A DNA stretch of 44,644 bases from a virus (lineage: Duplodnaviria; Heunggongvirae; Uroviricota; Caudoviricetes). The notes under the pieces are model-generated. The model was not told the DNA's origin, made no database searches, and worked only from the letters and a program-made list of their open reading frames with translations. Where the stretch lies: the IMG/VR virus record IMGVR_UViG_2568526230_000009; one strand, given 5' to 3'. The translations under genes and the position numbers were made by a program. Positions 1 through 10,305 of this stretch are shown here, piece after piece (the stretch's first letter is position 1; each line of letters starts with the position of its first letter).

Positions 1-324
1 TTACTCCAGAGACAGCCGAACCGAAAAACCGTTTTCAGCGAGCGTCAGACTCAGTGTGTTGATAGTCCAGTCCCGGTCCTCCTCGGTCCCGAAACCTTGA
101 GTTGTGACTTTGCATTCTGCTGTCAGCGACACTAAATCGAGCGTCGCTGGCGTCGTGTACGTCATAGAGAACTCTTTTTTAGCTGCACCGCCCTTGAGCC
201 CTGGTGCAGCTTCTTTCGCTGCGTCGAGCGACGGCTCAACTGCCGGCCATTCAATGACAGGATCGCCGCCACTACCTTGTCCGCAATTCTTTGATCTGCC
301 CAGTTGCTGTGTCGTGATATTTAA
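1..324 (-). CDS. Open frame (107 codons, stop at 1-3) likely encoding the C-terminal part of tail protein D, out of frame with the upstream D ORF
   Basis: Manual translation of the minus frame gives ...DWTINTLSLTLAENGFSVRLSLE*, plausible for a gpD C-terminus; overlaps the D ORF stop region (272-324) in a different frame. Confidence 0.3.
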   Translation of the reverse strand, partial: LNITTQQLGRSKNCGQGSGGDPVIEWPAVEPSLDAAKEAAPGLKGGAAKKEFSMTYTTPATLDLVSLTAECKVTTQGFGTEEDRDWTINTLSLTLAENGFSVRLSLE

Positions 325-1045
325 TCAGATACGTCGGTTCCGGATTTTCGCCACCGCTACCACTATCGCCACTTTGTCCATTTCTCGAATAGCCCCAGCT
401 GGAGTTATCACGACGAGTTAGCGTGTAGTGCTGGAGCGGAGCACCGCTAACAGATTCGCCCGCGCCGCGCGGCAGGAATATCCAGTACCCGCCCGCGGGT
501 TTACTCACCGCATCGAATCTCGTTGCGAGCCGCGACATCAGGTGCATATCTGACTCGCCGACCTGATCGAGTTGCGTGATAACATTGTCTGCAAACCGCT
601 TTGATACGCGTGGTTTTAGCCCATTATCGCTCGCTATTGTCGCAACGATATCGCTGACAGTGACGTCGCTCCAGGAACGAGTCTTTTTGCTCTGAACTGT
701 CGGAGATCCTTTTGCTGCGTTCATCGGAGCCGCTTTTGCTGTGAAATCAACTACCCGGGGTTCACCGCCACTGCTAGCACCGTCAACGATGTATATCCCT
801 TTATCAATTATCTGATTACCGAAACCGAGCCCAATACTGATTTTTACTCCGCGGGCCGGAATTTTCAGAGTTTCAGAAACTATTGCTACGCGGAGTTCGT
901 CTGTCTGTTTACTGGAGCCGCCGTAATCTGTCAGCGTGATATTGATCAAACCTTTTCTTATTTTATCCGTGATGTTTTTATTATCAGCAGATATATAAAA
1001 ATTAGGTTTCCACGCCTCCACGCCAGTATTTACGTAATCACTCAT
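272..1045 (-). CDS. Phage tail protein D (late control gene D family), N-terminal 257 aa; probably frameshifted relative to its C-terminus
   Basis: Position at the end of the P2-type tail operon (T-U-X-D); at 257 aa it is shorter than P2 gpD (~387 aa as recalled). Confidence 0.55.
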   Translation of the reverse strand: MSDYVNTGVEAWKPNFYISADNKNITDKIRKGLINITLTDYGGSSKQTDELRVAIVSETLKIPARGVKISIGLGFGNQIIDKGIYIVDGASSGGEPRVVDFTAKAAPMNAAKGSPTVQSKKTRSWSDVTVSDIVATIASDNGLKPRVSKRFADNVITQLDQVGESDMHLMSRLATRFDAVSKPAGGYWIFLPRGAGESVSGAPLQHYTLTRRDNSSWGYSRNGQSGDSGSGGENPEPTYLIKYHDTATGQIKELRTR

Positions 1046-1048
1046 TCA

Positions 1049-1273
1049 TCAATCCCATAATTGCGTTTCTTTTTTAACCGGCTCTGGTTCGATATCTGGT
1101 AAAACAATTTTTTCTCCAGCACGAAACACGGCACACATATCCGTTACGCCGTAATTCGAAACCTGATATAAAACAGTCTCTGTCGTTTTTGACGCTCTCC
1201 CGTAGACCGCAAGGCAGATCTGATCGAGACGGTCACCGTCCCGTGTAGTGTATGTAATCATTTGGGGCCCCAT
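1049..1273 (-). CDS. Phage tail protein X
   Basis: 74 aa; GDRLDQICLAVYGRASKTTETVL and C-terminal ETQLWD resemble P2 gpX as recalled. Confidence 0.6.
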   Translation of the reverse strand: MGPQMITYTTRDGDRLDQICLAVYGRASKTTETVLYQVSNYGVTDMCAVFRAGEKIVLPDIEPEPVKKETQLWD

Positions 1274-1434
1274 TAATTAAAAGGATTTCATAATGAGAAT
1301 TAATTTTAGTAGTCGGAGAGGTATTAGTATTTCGGCGTCAAAAAAAATACCATCAGGTTGTTTTACATTTATGTTCGTAGTTTTTTTTATTATTTTTATA
1401 CTTGTTAAGTGCTCTGGTAGCGCTTGATTTTGTA

Positions 1435-1863
1435 TTAATCTAGCGAAGCTCCATAATATTCGAGCGTGAGTGAAAAGTCCTGCGATTTAGGTGTTCCGCC
1501 CATCAAAAAGCTGTTTTGCGTTTCAGTTAGTTCTCGCAGCACCCAGTACCCTTTCACCTCCCCGGTCCCCAGCACTAGCTGCTGGGGTTCTCCCGTGTTC
1601 CCGAGCGCTCGCAAATCTGTCAACAGGCCGACGCCGCACCCGTCAAGAAATAAAGCGTTTATCTTTCCATCGATAGTAATTGTGGGGTTCGGTCGTCCGG
1701 TTATCTGCAACGCGTCGTTTTTCCCGAATCGTGTTTGCTGAGCCCAGCGCCAGGCGTCACTACGTTGCAGTTTGTTGTACGCTACTGTTGATATAGCAAA
1801 AATGAAATCACCCAGGCCGAGCATGATATCCTCAGCACCGTTTATTGCATCACTCATTGTCAC
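1435..1863 (-). CDS. Phage tail protein U
   Basis: 142 aa immediately downstream of the tape measure gene in P2 order; start may be an internal Met. Confidence 0.55.
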   Translation of the reverse strand: MTMSDAINGAEDIMLGLGDFIFAISTVAYNKLQRSDAWRWAQQTRFGKNDALQITGRPNPTITIDGKINALFLDGCGVGLLTDLRALGNTGEPQQLVLGTGEVKGYWVLRELTETQNSFLMGGTPKSQDFSLTLEYYGASLD

Positions 1864-3500
1864 CCCGCCGCAGCTGGTTTATCAAACATCGCGCCACGAT
1901 TGTACGAACTCGCAGCCTGTCTCAGTCCATCGAGCACCCCCGACGCTGCAGATTGTTGTATTGACTGCGGATCTGTCGCACCGACAATATTGATTTCGAT
2001 TTTATTGTTTTGCTCCGGCGCAGGTGTCGAGACTGCCTGCTTCAACGTATCAATATTTAACGTCGACGAATCCAGTGCTGCAGGCGCGGTATTTTTATTT
2101 ACCATCCCGGATAATGGATTAACAAACGCGAGCATTGATTCTGCCTGAGATTTTGCCTGTTCTTGCCGTTCTGGATGCCGCATATTTTCGACAGCCTCTT
2201 CGGCTTTTGCCTTCGCAATATTATCAGCAGTCAATCCAGCGTTCGGTGAATATTTACCTCCCGAATCCATAAACTCTTGATATGCCCGATTATATTCGTC
2301 ATTATAAGTTTTCTGTTCTTCATCTGATTTTTCATCCGGAATAAGCCACTCCAGTTTCTTTACGACAGCCCATATAATCTTCCCGAATTTGACGCAACCT
2401 TCTCCAAAATTGACGATGCCATCCCACATTTTTTTCATATTTTCTGGTTTTACCCACTCAGTAATTGTGCTGACAAAACCACCCTGATTATCCTTAAACC
2501 AGGATGTAAATGTTTCACGTACTGAGTCAAACGTCGGCGCGAGTTCCCCCCCGATTTTACCGAGTGTATCTGCAAGTCCCGACGTAATAGAGCCCCACAG
2601 ATTTGTCACTGATACATGCGCACGCGCCGCCCCTTCCGCACCCTCTTTTGTTAACAAATTCGACTTTTGCGCGTCAGACATTGTCTGTTCCCAGCTTTTA
2701 CCCGTCGCCTTCATATACGTCATGATCTTATTAGCCTCGCCCCCCATGAGCTGGTCAGCGAGGCTCGCCGCTTGCTTCTCATCTTTCATTTCAGAGATGC
2801 GACGCATAACCTCATTAAACTGTTTTTCCCGATCCCAGCCAGCCATTCGTTTTTTCGTCAGGCCAATTTGAAATAACATGGGATTCAGGCTTTTTTCGTT
2901 TCCGATTTCGCCGATTTTATTTGTAAGTTCTTCAGACAAATCCCCGATATTTTCGCCGTTCAGGCCCGCGGCTTTACCAATATTTTCCCACGCAGCGTAT
3001 TTTTCGACGCCAACGCCGTAGGACTTCGCCAGACCGAGTTTTTCTGACGTCTCTGCATTCATTGCCAGCGCACCAGCTGCAGCACCGCCAATGAGCCCTG
3101 CCGCGCCAAGTGTCCCCCATTTGATACCCCGCCCCGTAGCCCTCACCGCACCTGCGGCGGCTCGTCCGCCCCATTTTGCAGCTCCTTTTGCGCGACCCGT
3201 CCACTTCTCCAGCCGCTGTTTTTTAGCAAGTTGAGTATTCAGCGCCTCCTGGTCCTGCGTTGTCGCTTTTATTCGACGGTCCAGCTTTTGATACTGAGCA
3301 GATAAATCAGAAACGTCTTTACCTGCCAGTTTCATTGCTGCGATTTTGTCTTTTAATTTATCCTGACTTTTCGTTAATTTCCCGACAGTAGACGACGTCT
3401 GCCGAATCGCATCATTGAGTTCTGTTGTACCGCGACGAAACGACGGGTCTATTCGCCCACCGAATACAACCTGCGTTTTAAAGTTTTGAGAAATAGCCAT
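1860..3500 (-). CDS. Tail tape measure protein
   Basis: 546 aa, Ala/Gly-rich and coiled-coil-like, between tail chaperone and gpU. Confidence 0.7.
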   Translation of the reverse strand: MAISQNFKTQVVFGGRIDPSFRRGTTELNDAIRQTSSTVGKLTKSQDKLKDKIAAMKLAGKDVSDLSAQYQKLDRRIKATTQDQEALNTQLAKKQRLEKWTGRAKGAAKWGGRAAAGAVRATGRGIKWGTLGAAGLIGGAAAGALAMNAETSEKLGLAKSYGVGVEKYAAWENIGKAAGLNGENIGDLSEELTNKIGEIGNEKSLNPMLFQIGLTKKRMAGWDREKQFNEVMRRISEMKDEKQAASLADQLMGGEANKIMTYMKATGKSWEQTMSDAQKSNLLTKEGAEGAARAHVSVTNLWGSITSGLADTLGKIGGELAPTFDSVRETFTSWFKDNQGGFVSTITEWVKPENMKKMWDGIVNFGEGCVKFGKIIWAVVKKLEWLIPDEKSDEEQKTYNDEYNRAYQEFMDSGGKYSPNAGLTADNIAKAKAEEAVENMRHPERQEQAKSQAESMLAFVNPLSGMVNKNTAPAALDSSTLNIDTLKQAVSTPAPEQNNKIEINIVGATDPQSIQQSAASGVLDGLRQAASSYNRGAMFDKPAAAG

Positions 3501-3608
3501 CGATTTTCATGACCTCGTTTACATAGAAATTAAAAACCCGGTACGGCAGGTCCATTTGCGTATCGGGCGGGATGGCAAGTTTTTTCGCAATAAACGGAAT
3601 CAGAATAA

Positions 3609-3890
3609 CTATATCTGATGTCGGTCTTTCGGAGGCTTTACCAGTTCGTTAAATGCGGCCTCCATTTGATCGTAATCGCACGCAGGCAGTGCATATAAAT
3701 CCTCACGCTCCAGATTTGCCAGGCGCGCCAGCATTGTCGCTGTCCGCTCTTCAAGACCACTTTTATCGTTACTGAACATAATGCGGTCGCGTAATTTTGG
3801 TTCGCGAATAGTAATTGTATCGCGGCTCTCCCCCTTAATAATAAACGGGCGAGAGAGCGTAATAGTCATACTGTCTAATAATGATTCCAT
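3609..3890 (-). CDS. Tail assembly chaperone (gpE-like)
   Basis: 93 aa between tail tube and tape measure genes; a 108 bp gap follows before the tape measure start. Confidence 0.5.
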   Translation of the reverse strand: MESLLDSMTITLSRPFIIKGESRDTITIREPKLRDRIMFSNDKSGLEERTATMLARLANLEREDLYALPACDYDQMEAAFNELVKPPKDRHQI

Positions 3891-3902
3891 TTTATTTGCC
3901 TT

Positions 3903-4415
3903 TTAATATACATGGAGAATACGAGCAACGCCCGCAAGAACGTCAACACCATTAATTACTCGTTTCATTTTTGCAGGATGAATCTCGTAAATAATTTTTC
4001 CATTTTGAACTCGTTTATAATAGCTCGGCGCAATCGTTACTGATTGCCCAACTGCTGATTTTGAATCAGTCCCCTGCGCGTCATCAGTAATCGCCGTAAT
4101 AAGCCCCTCATATGTATCAATACGTTCAAAATTGACACCGTAATTGTCAGTATATGCACTTCGAATTTCGAACCTTGTTTTAGCACCTGGTATTAATCCC
4201 AAATACCCCATCACACCAGAATCGGAGCCAGAGACTTTAAAACTGGCTGACATTTTCTCCATTCCCCCGTCCAGAGTGATAGCTGTATCCATAGCGCCCG
4301 TCTTAAAATCATCTTCGATTATTTTCATATCGACGGGAGTGTATTCAGTGCAATTTAAAACTCGTTCTCCCTGGACGAACAACGCAAATGCACGATAGGT
4401 GTTACTATCTGCCAT
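3903..4415 (-). CDS. Tail tube protein (FII-like)
   Basis: 170 aa directly downstream of the sheath gene. Confidence 0.65.
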   Translation of the reverse strand: MADSNTYRAFALFVQGERVLNCTEYTPVDMKIIEDDFKTGAMDTAITLDGGMEKMSASFKVSGSDSGVMGYLGLIPGAKTRFEIRSAYTDNYGVNFERIDTYEGLITAITDDAQGTDSKSAVGQSVTIAPSYYKRVQNGKIIYEIHPAKMKRVINGVDVLAGVARILHVY

Positions 4416-4432
4416 ATCAATTCTCCAGATTA

Positions 4433-5935
4433 TTAGACTGTTTCTTTAAAAAGAGAGGCCAGAGCTTCAACTGTGTAATCATTATTAATGCGGTACATTA
4501 ACGTAATTGTTTGTGCCGGGGATTTCGGTCCAAAGTCAACATTAATATAAAGATTACCAGCGGCCAGACTTTCTTTTGTATTTAACTCTTCATCTAACCA
4601 CGCCCGTCCTCCGTTAATCGCGCCCTGCTCCTCTAATTTATGCAGATACGCGTTTATCGACTCTACAACGTCTGTTCCGAGGTGCAGGTCTATCGGGCGA
4701 TCAATAAAATCGGTCATCATTGCCCGGGCTATTGAATCCTCAATTACGTCAGCTGTCCGACGAACGCATTCAAAGGACCATTGGGGACTGAGGCTACACA
4801 GATAGTTACCCCAGTGTCTGAATCCATCATAGCGAATAATTGTGCTGACCTGGCTGGCGTTCAGCAGATTTGCTGTGCAGTTCGTTTCACCGATTATAAA
4901 ATCATCGACTTGTTCGAGTCCTGTAATTCCGTAGATATTTTGATTCGATTTGCTCCACCAAAACCCTTTTTCGTTATCAATTCTGGCTCGTAAACCAGCA
5001 GCGATAGCTGAATACGGACGAGATAAACCACTAACATCACTCGTAGAATAAACACGAGGGCGCAGAATTTCCATTCTGCCGCCGTACCTCTGACGACGAT
5101 TTACAACGTCAGCAGGCGTAGCGCCTCGCGGTGAATCGATATATCCAACGCCTCGTAATTTATTTGTCACCACTTCAAGTTGTTCTGCAATATAATCGTT
5201 AGCACTATAATCTGGAGCGATTAAAATTCTCGGCGTTACTTGATTTATTTGCGCAGACGTCAACAATGCGTTAATCCCGTTAACGACGTTCTGCCGCATT
5301 TTTGTTTCGTCGCTGTCCTCTTCGACGCGGACAACAACAATAATGGCATCCTCCTGATTTAGTATTTCAGATACAGCGGGAGGAAGGGTTCCAGACCCAC
5401 CGAGCAATCCAGCTTTTTTTTGACTGCCTGCAATTAACGTCGGAACATTATATTTGAACGATTCGTCTTTACCACCGGATAAATTTGTTGGGGGGAGCGC
5501 GAATACAGTCCCCGTTCCTGCGTGATCACCACCGAATGTGACGTTAATATATTCTCCAATCTGGAGTCCTTCTTTATACTGCTGGTTCTGATCGTACATT
5601 TTTGACGGGGTCATGGCACCGTCCGTGATCATTGTTAATTTTCTCGAACCGTCGGGCAGTGTGCTGTATCCTGGAGTTGCTACATTCCCGTTAATTCCCA
5701 AATCAACAATTTCAACAATCCAGTTGTTTCCGTCGGCCCCTGGCATGACAGTCGAAAACTCAACAAGATTGTCTGCGAGCTCTGATCCCCATAATAGTGA
5801 TGCACAAGTTGGGTAGCTGGAATCGGGAGCAGTACCAACAATCCCAATCACGGAAATATCTACTGTGTTGATCTCTTTTGTGCCGTCGTCGTATTCGAGC
5901 GTGCGAATACCGTGTAAAAAATTAGTTACGCTCAT
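4433..5935 (-). CDS. Contractile tail sheath protein (FI-like)
   Basis: 500 aa, sheath-sized, followed by tube gene. Confidence 0.75.
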   Translation of the reverse strand: MSVTNFLHGIRTLEYDDGTKEINTVDISVIGIVGTAPDSSYPTCASLLWGSELADNLVEFSTVMPGADGNNWIVEIVDLGINGNVATPGYSTLPDGSRKLTMITDGAMTPSKMYDQNQQYKEGLQIGEYINVTFGGDHAGTGTVFALPPTNLSGGKDESFKYNVPTLIAGSQKKAGLLGGSGTLPPAVSEILNQEDAIIVVVRVEEDSDETKMRQNVVNGINALLTSAQINQVTPRILIAPDYSANDYIAEQLEVVTNKLRGVGYIDSPRGATPADVVNRRQRYGGRMEILRPRVYSTSDVSGLSRPYSAIAAGLRARIDNEKGFWWSKSNQNIYGITGLEQVDDFIIGETNCTANLLNASQVSTIIRYDGFRHWGNYLCSLSPQWSFECVRRTADVIEDSIARAMMTDFIDRPIDLHLGTDVVESINAYLHKLEEQGAINGGRAWLDEELNTKESLAAGNLYINVDFGPKSPAQTITLMYRINNDYTVEALASLFKETV

Positions 5936-6321
5936 TTTATTCCTTCTCTATTTTCACCAATTCGCGTCGCTATTGCTTCTTTAAGCTCGGCCAAATTTTC
6001 GATTTGCGCGTCAGATGCGGTTCCGGCATCTACTGCACACTGAATTGAGAATGCCTCAATTGACAGATCGCCAACAGTCCGTAATGTAGTCTGGAGTTTT
6101 TGCGTCTGCTCTTTTTTTACAAATTTAGAAATGCTCCCATAATCCCCGCTCAGCGCTCTTTCATATAAAACCCTACCGTGTTCCTCGCAATCATTTTTCA
6201 TTGCGGTGAATGGAATGTCGTTTCCAATCCCGTCAATATCGCAAATAATATTTATAGATAACCCATGCTCGTCATTAAAAACAGGGTTTGTTATTTTTCT
6301 AAATGAATCAACGCTTATCAT
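5932..6321 (-). CDS. Tail fiber assembly chaperone (putative)
   Basis: 129 aa immediately downstream of the tail fiber gene, overlapping its stop. Confidence 0.4.
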   Translation of the reverse strand: MISVDSFRKITNPVFNDEHGLSINIICDIDGIGNDIPFTAMKNDCEEHGRVLYERALSGDYGSISKFVKKEQTQKLQTTLRTVGDLSIEAFSIQCAVDAGTASDAQIENLAELKEAIATRIGENREGIK

Positions 6322-7505
6322 TACGCAATCCTAATAGCTAAAAAACAGGCAGTCCCAATATCACCGACTCCACCGGGTGAATACGCCATGGCTCGCCATG
6401 AGCCAATAAGTGGTGTGTCATAAAATGGTTTTGTGGCAATATCCGTGTTATATGAACCGGTATTATTTATACTAGCGTAATATAAATCCCCTCCAGCCCA
6501 TATGGAGCCCGGGAGTATTTGTGGTGCATGATTAATAGCGACAAGCGCATAAGTACCAACCGCGCCAACAACACCTATTTCCGGTGATGGGTCCGGTGAA
6601 AGACTTATATCTATGTTGCCATTTTCATCCGGCGACTCCCCGTTAATCGTTTTAACCGGTTTAAGATTAGCCTCATTCCAGTATTTATACGTCTGCCCGC
6701 CGCACAGTAACACCAGGCCATCATAGTGAACTCCGCGTAATCTATAAAAAACCTTCTGATTGTTTTCTCCACGGGTCGAAAAATCTAAATAATCGCCCGA
6801 CACATCTGATAAACCAGCAAATGAAAACAACGTCAAATCAGTGCCCGGTTTGTTTATATTTATTTGTTTTTTAGAGGATAAAACGTCTTCAAAAATCACA
6901 TCATCTTTAAAAGTATTTGGATGAGTAAATGCATTACCCTTATCTCTATATGCAACGTCCCCATCTATACCAATATTTTTCCGCGCAGCCTGCTGAGCAG
7001 TTTCACCATTTGCGGGAATTTCAGATAAGTTTTTACTTATCTGCAAATATTTTTTGTCAGCTTCCTCGGGAGTTACGTAGTTGTCATATACTACAACATT
7101 AACCGTAGATGTGCTGGACACCGCGAGTGTGTATTTATACGTGATTGAAATCAGCGCACCGTTGCTGTCCGTAGGTTTTAAAATGTCCGGCGAGCGCGCC
7201 ACAGAGTACAGCTCGCCTTTATCTGTTAATATCCCCACCTCACGGATAGTATAGCCCCCAGTGTCTGGCGGTACGTAAAGTGTAAAGATAACCTGGTTAC
7301 CGCTATTTTCTGCGGATTTAATATCCCCACGATACGTCTCGTGAATTAATGCAGTTCGTGCCGGGTCCGGTGTTACGTCGTCGTTTCCGTTTGCGTCGCC
7401 AATAACGAATTTATTCAGCACCACGGGTACACCCGATGCCAGCGCAGCGGCTTCAAGTTGTGCGCCACGGTCTGTCAGTACTGCGTAAATTTTATTTTCA
7501 GCCAT
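6321..7505 (-). CDS. Tail fiber protein
   Basis: 394 aa; tail-collar-like N-terminus followed by variable C-terminus; position after baseplate gene I. Confidence 0.6.
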   Translation of the reverse strand: MAENKIYAVLTDRGAQLEAAALASGVPVVLNKFVIGDANGNDDVTPDPARTALIHETYRGDIKSAENSGNQVIFTLYVPPDTGGYTIREVGILTDKGELYSVARSPDILKPTDSNGALISITYKYTLAVSSTSTVNVVVYDNYVTPEEADKKYLQISKNLSEIPANGETAQQAARKNIGIDGDVAYRDKGNAFTHPNTFKDDVIFEDVLSSKKQININKPGTDLTLFSFAGLSDVSGDYLDFSTRGENNQKVFYRLRGVHYDGLVLLCGGQTYKYWNEANLKPVKTINGESPDENGNIDISLSPDPSPEIGVVGAVGTYALVAINHAPQILPGSIWAGGDLYYASINNTGSYNTDIATKPFYDTPLIGSWRAMAYSPGGVGDIGTACFLAIRIA

Positions 7506-8124
7506 TTGGCCCTATCTCCACATTTAAACTAACAATTGGTGAGCCCGATATATATAGCCCGCCGTTAATTTTTACACCGCCGTCGCCGTCTGCTGGGACG
7601 TTTACGCCTATTTTCGCGTAAGGTGTACCGGCTATAAAAAACTCACCATCGACACCCGTTTCGAAATTTATTTCTTTTAATAAGGAACGACAATTTTTTG
7701 CATCAAATATTTGTGCAATAAATGTATTCAATAGTTCTAAATCTAACCCCATGCTTTTTAGCAGATATATTTTAATTGCGAATGTATACGGGTCGTCCCT
7801 GGGCGTGGCTTCAAACCACTCTCTCATTTTGCTCTCAAAGCCAACAGTTAATAACGCTCGTTCAACAGCTCCACGCGTTCCGCGGTGCTTATTCTGCCAC
7901 GCAGCTGCTTTAATAATTTCGCGTTTTTGCTGCTCACTCCAGTCGGGGTTCCAGTAGGTGACCGCGTACTCCCACGCCAGCCACGGCAACAGATTTGCAG
8001 GGCACAAATCGGGATTTTTAATAATTCGAATATCGCCAGGCAGATCGCCGACGTGAGATAAAACAACCTCAAGCGCCCTCTCAGGGGTTATTGCGTTCGG
8101 AGGCAGTACGCTTTGACTTGTCAT
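7498..8124 (-). CDS. Baseplate/tail protein I
   Basis: 208 aa between J and the fiber gene in P2 order. Confidence 0.55.
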   Translation of the reverse strand: MTSQSVLPPNAITPERALEVVLSHVGDLPGDIRIIKNPDLCPANLLPWLAWEYAVTYWNPDWSEQQKREIIKAAAWQNKHRGTRGAVERALLTVGFESKMREWFEATPRDDPYTFAIKIYLLKSMGLDLELLNTFIAQIFDAKNCRSLLKEINFETGVDGEFFIAGTPYAKIGVNVPADGDGGVKINGGLYISGSPIVSLNVEIGPNG

Positions 8125-8126
8125 GG

Positions 8127-9047
8127 CTACCCCATTTGCACGCTGAGTTTGATTTCTGTGCAGTACGGAGCCTGCCCGACGCCAGCGATCACATCCTCTG
8201 TTGGCGATATCAGAATCACACGTTCAGTGCCGTCACGATGTATCGCGTCGTAAATTCCTGACAGAGCTGCCGTCGCTCCGATTTTATGTTGCGTATCCAC
8301 ATATATCGCCAAATCGCTCTGAGCACCGTTAAGCAAAACGTTCTGGTCGGGTCCGAGCCCGGCTACGATAACGGCCTCAACCCGGTAATTCAGGTTCGAC
8401 GCAGGTTTTACAGTCACGAAATCAGTCAGCGGTCGAGTATCGTCAGGAGACAGGGCCGCATTCACTGTATTCAGTAGTGATTGAGGCGGAGTGCCGTCGC
8501 CGGTTCGCGACAAGACATACATATCGACGTATCCAGGCTGGGTCACCGGCGGGCCGTACGCCTGAGCTGACAGAACGTCGGGATCACTCGACAGCGCGAA
8601 ATAGTTATAGGCGTTCGTACTGCCGGCAGTATTCCGCGCATACCATGATAGCTGTATTCGGTGTCGATACTCGTCGTCACTCTCGTAAACAGCCTCAGTC
8701 GGGGGAATTACATCGGGATTAGCTGGCGTTATCAACAGCCGCAGGCAGTCAAAATTAGCGCCAATCTGGTCGAGGTCACTCCCCTTTGCAAACGCGAGCA
8801 ATACAGCGAGCATCCCCTGATTTACCCGAGCTGTAATAATGATTTCTCTGTATGCAACTATTTCCAGCAGTTTAACGGCCGGGTCTGACTCCAGGAGTGC
8901 GTTAAATTGTGGATATAATATCTGCAGCTCTGACAGTAGATTAGATTTAACATCTGAAAATAACGGGGTTTTAACGAATGCTGGCGGCGGCAGCAGACTC
9001 ATATCAATAGTTTTCACTATCGAATTCTGAACTGTTGATGTTATCAA
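8127..9047 (-). CDS. Baseplate assembly protein J
   Basis: 306 aa; order V-W-J-I-H. Confidence 0.65.
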   Translation of the reverse strand: MITSTVQNSIVKTIDMSLLPPPAFVKTPLFSDVKSNLLSELQILYPQFNALLESDPAVKLLEIVAYREIIITARVNQGMLAVLLAFAKGSDLDQIGANFDCLRLLITPANPDVIPPTEAVYESDDEYRHRIQLSWYARNTAGSTNAYNYFALSSDPDVLSAQAYGPPVTQPGYVDMYVLSRTGDGTPPQSLLNTVNAALSPDDTRPLTDFVTVKPASNLNYRVEAVIVAGLGPDQNVLLNGAQSDLAIYVDTQHKIGATAALSGIYDAIHRDGTERVILISPTEDVIAGVGQAPYCTEIKLSVQMG

Positions 9048-9433
9048 AATATCAGCTCCATATTATTAAACTCTAATCGCTGTTGTGTTTCGATATCTGT
9101 TGCGATAATTAATATTGTTATTTTCCCGATATCCACTGCTAACACATTTATTCTGTCAATTCTGACGCGTGGTTCCCATCGTGCTATTGCGCCAGCGCTT
9201 TCCATGATTATTCGCATAGCAAGCGACGGATCTGTGGGATTATCAACAAGATCAAATAATTTGCTGCCATATTCCGGCAGCATTACACGCGTCCCCAGCG
9301 GGGTCGTTAAAATATCAACGATAGACTGACGAATGTGATCAGTCCCCGATAAAAGTTTACCGGTGTTACGGTCCATTCCAAGCATCTTTACGCCATTGGT
9401 TGGTTCGGTTGTTGAGTTTCCCCGTCCGGACAT
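9044..9433 (-). CDS. Baseplate assembly protein W (gp25-like)
   Basis: 129 aa between V and J. Confidence 0.6.
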   Translation of the reverse strand: MSGRGNSTTEPTNGVKMLGMDRNTGKLLSGTDHIRQSIVDILTTPLGTRVMLPEYGSKLFDLVDNPTDPSLAMRIIMESAGAIARWEPRVRIDRINVLAVDIGKITILIIATDIETQQRLEFNNMELIF

Positions 9434-10305
9434 ATATGAGTGTGTCCGTTATACGTTGTGCGGACTTCAGTTATTGTGCCTTGTCGGTCCTGCACCTCTT
9501 GCCCTGCTAACACACTACCGCGAGTTGTGATATTACCTGTTCCACCGTTATCTCCAGTGACAGAAATATCGTTACGGAATGTCGCTAATTTATCTACTAC
9601 TAATGTCTCGGTAATATGCGTTGGACCAGCTAGTGTTATACCACCCGGAGCCCACGCGCTGATTGTTTGAGCTGTCAGCGATATTCTGTTCGCAGCAGTA
9701 ACACTAACAGAACTCGTTGCTATAACGTTCACTAAATCAGCATGTGCGTTAATTGTATCTGTCGCTGTGACATTAATAATATCAGCGTCTGCGTTAATTA
9801 ATTTCCCACCATGGATATTAACTACATTTTCGCTATTAATAGTAACATCTGCGCGTCCAAATATTTCTATTTCAGACTCACCGAGTATTTTTACCACGCC
9901 GTCCGGTACGCCCTGCCATGTCAGAGTGTGATTTTTTGTGTTATACGTCATCGTAGCCCCGTCACAGTATGCAGTGACATGATCATGGGGGTCATTGCTT
10001 GGCGGAGCTTTGTCGTCAATGTGCAGCCCGAGCATAACTACACCGTTCCGCGTATCCCCACCCTCAGAAACAACAGTAACGGGATCGCCCACTGATGGTG
10101 CGCTCCAGTCGACGCGTTCTGAGGTGGCGTGAGTAAACCACTGCAGCCAGCCTGACTGGTGTTCGCCACCAAATGAGACTCGGCAGCGTGGAGGATTCAT
10201 TTTAACTGCAGCTATCGTGCCGCGTTTAACTGCGTCACGCAGCCTGCGCGCGTTCTCCGCTGCAGCATATTCATCGTCCGATTGGGCCATAATAGTCGCC
10301 CTCAT
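9388..10305 (-). CDS. Baseplate spike protein V
   Basis: 305 aa with repetitive beta-helix-like C-terminus (VTATDTINAHADLVNVIATSSVSVTAANRISLTA). Confidence 0.6.
   Translation of the reverse strand: MRATIMAQSDDEYAAAENARRLRDAVKRGTIAAVKMNPPRCRVSFGGEHQSGWLQWFTHATSERVDWSAPSVGDPVTVVSEGGDTRNGVVMLGLHIDDKAPPSNDPHDHVTAYCDGATMTYNTKNHTLTWQGVPDGVVKILGESEIEIFGRADVTINSENVVNIHGGKLINADADIINVTATDTINAHADLVNVIATSSVSVTAANRISLTAQTISAWAPGGITLAGPTHITETLVVDKLATFRNDISVTGDNGGTGNITTRGSVLAGQEVQDRQGTITEVRTTYNGHTHICPDGETQQPNQPMA

Noticed and set aside
104-421. Plus-strand 105-aa ORF at the window start
   Set aside because: Overlaps the tail gene D region on the opposite strand; low-complexity translation, no start context.
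3501-3640. Programmed -1 frameshift producing an extended tail chaperone (P2 E/E-prime style)
   Set aside because: No canonical X XXY YYZ slippery heptamer found near the 3-prime end of the chaperone gene; it may exist in non-canonical form but cannot be supported from sequence.
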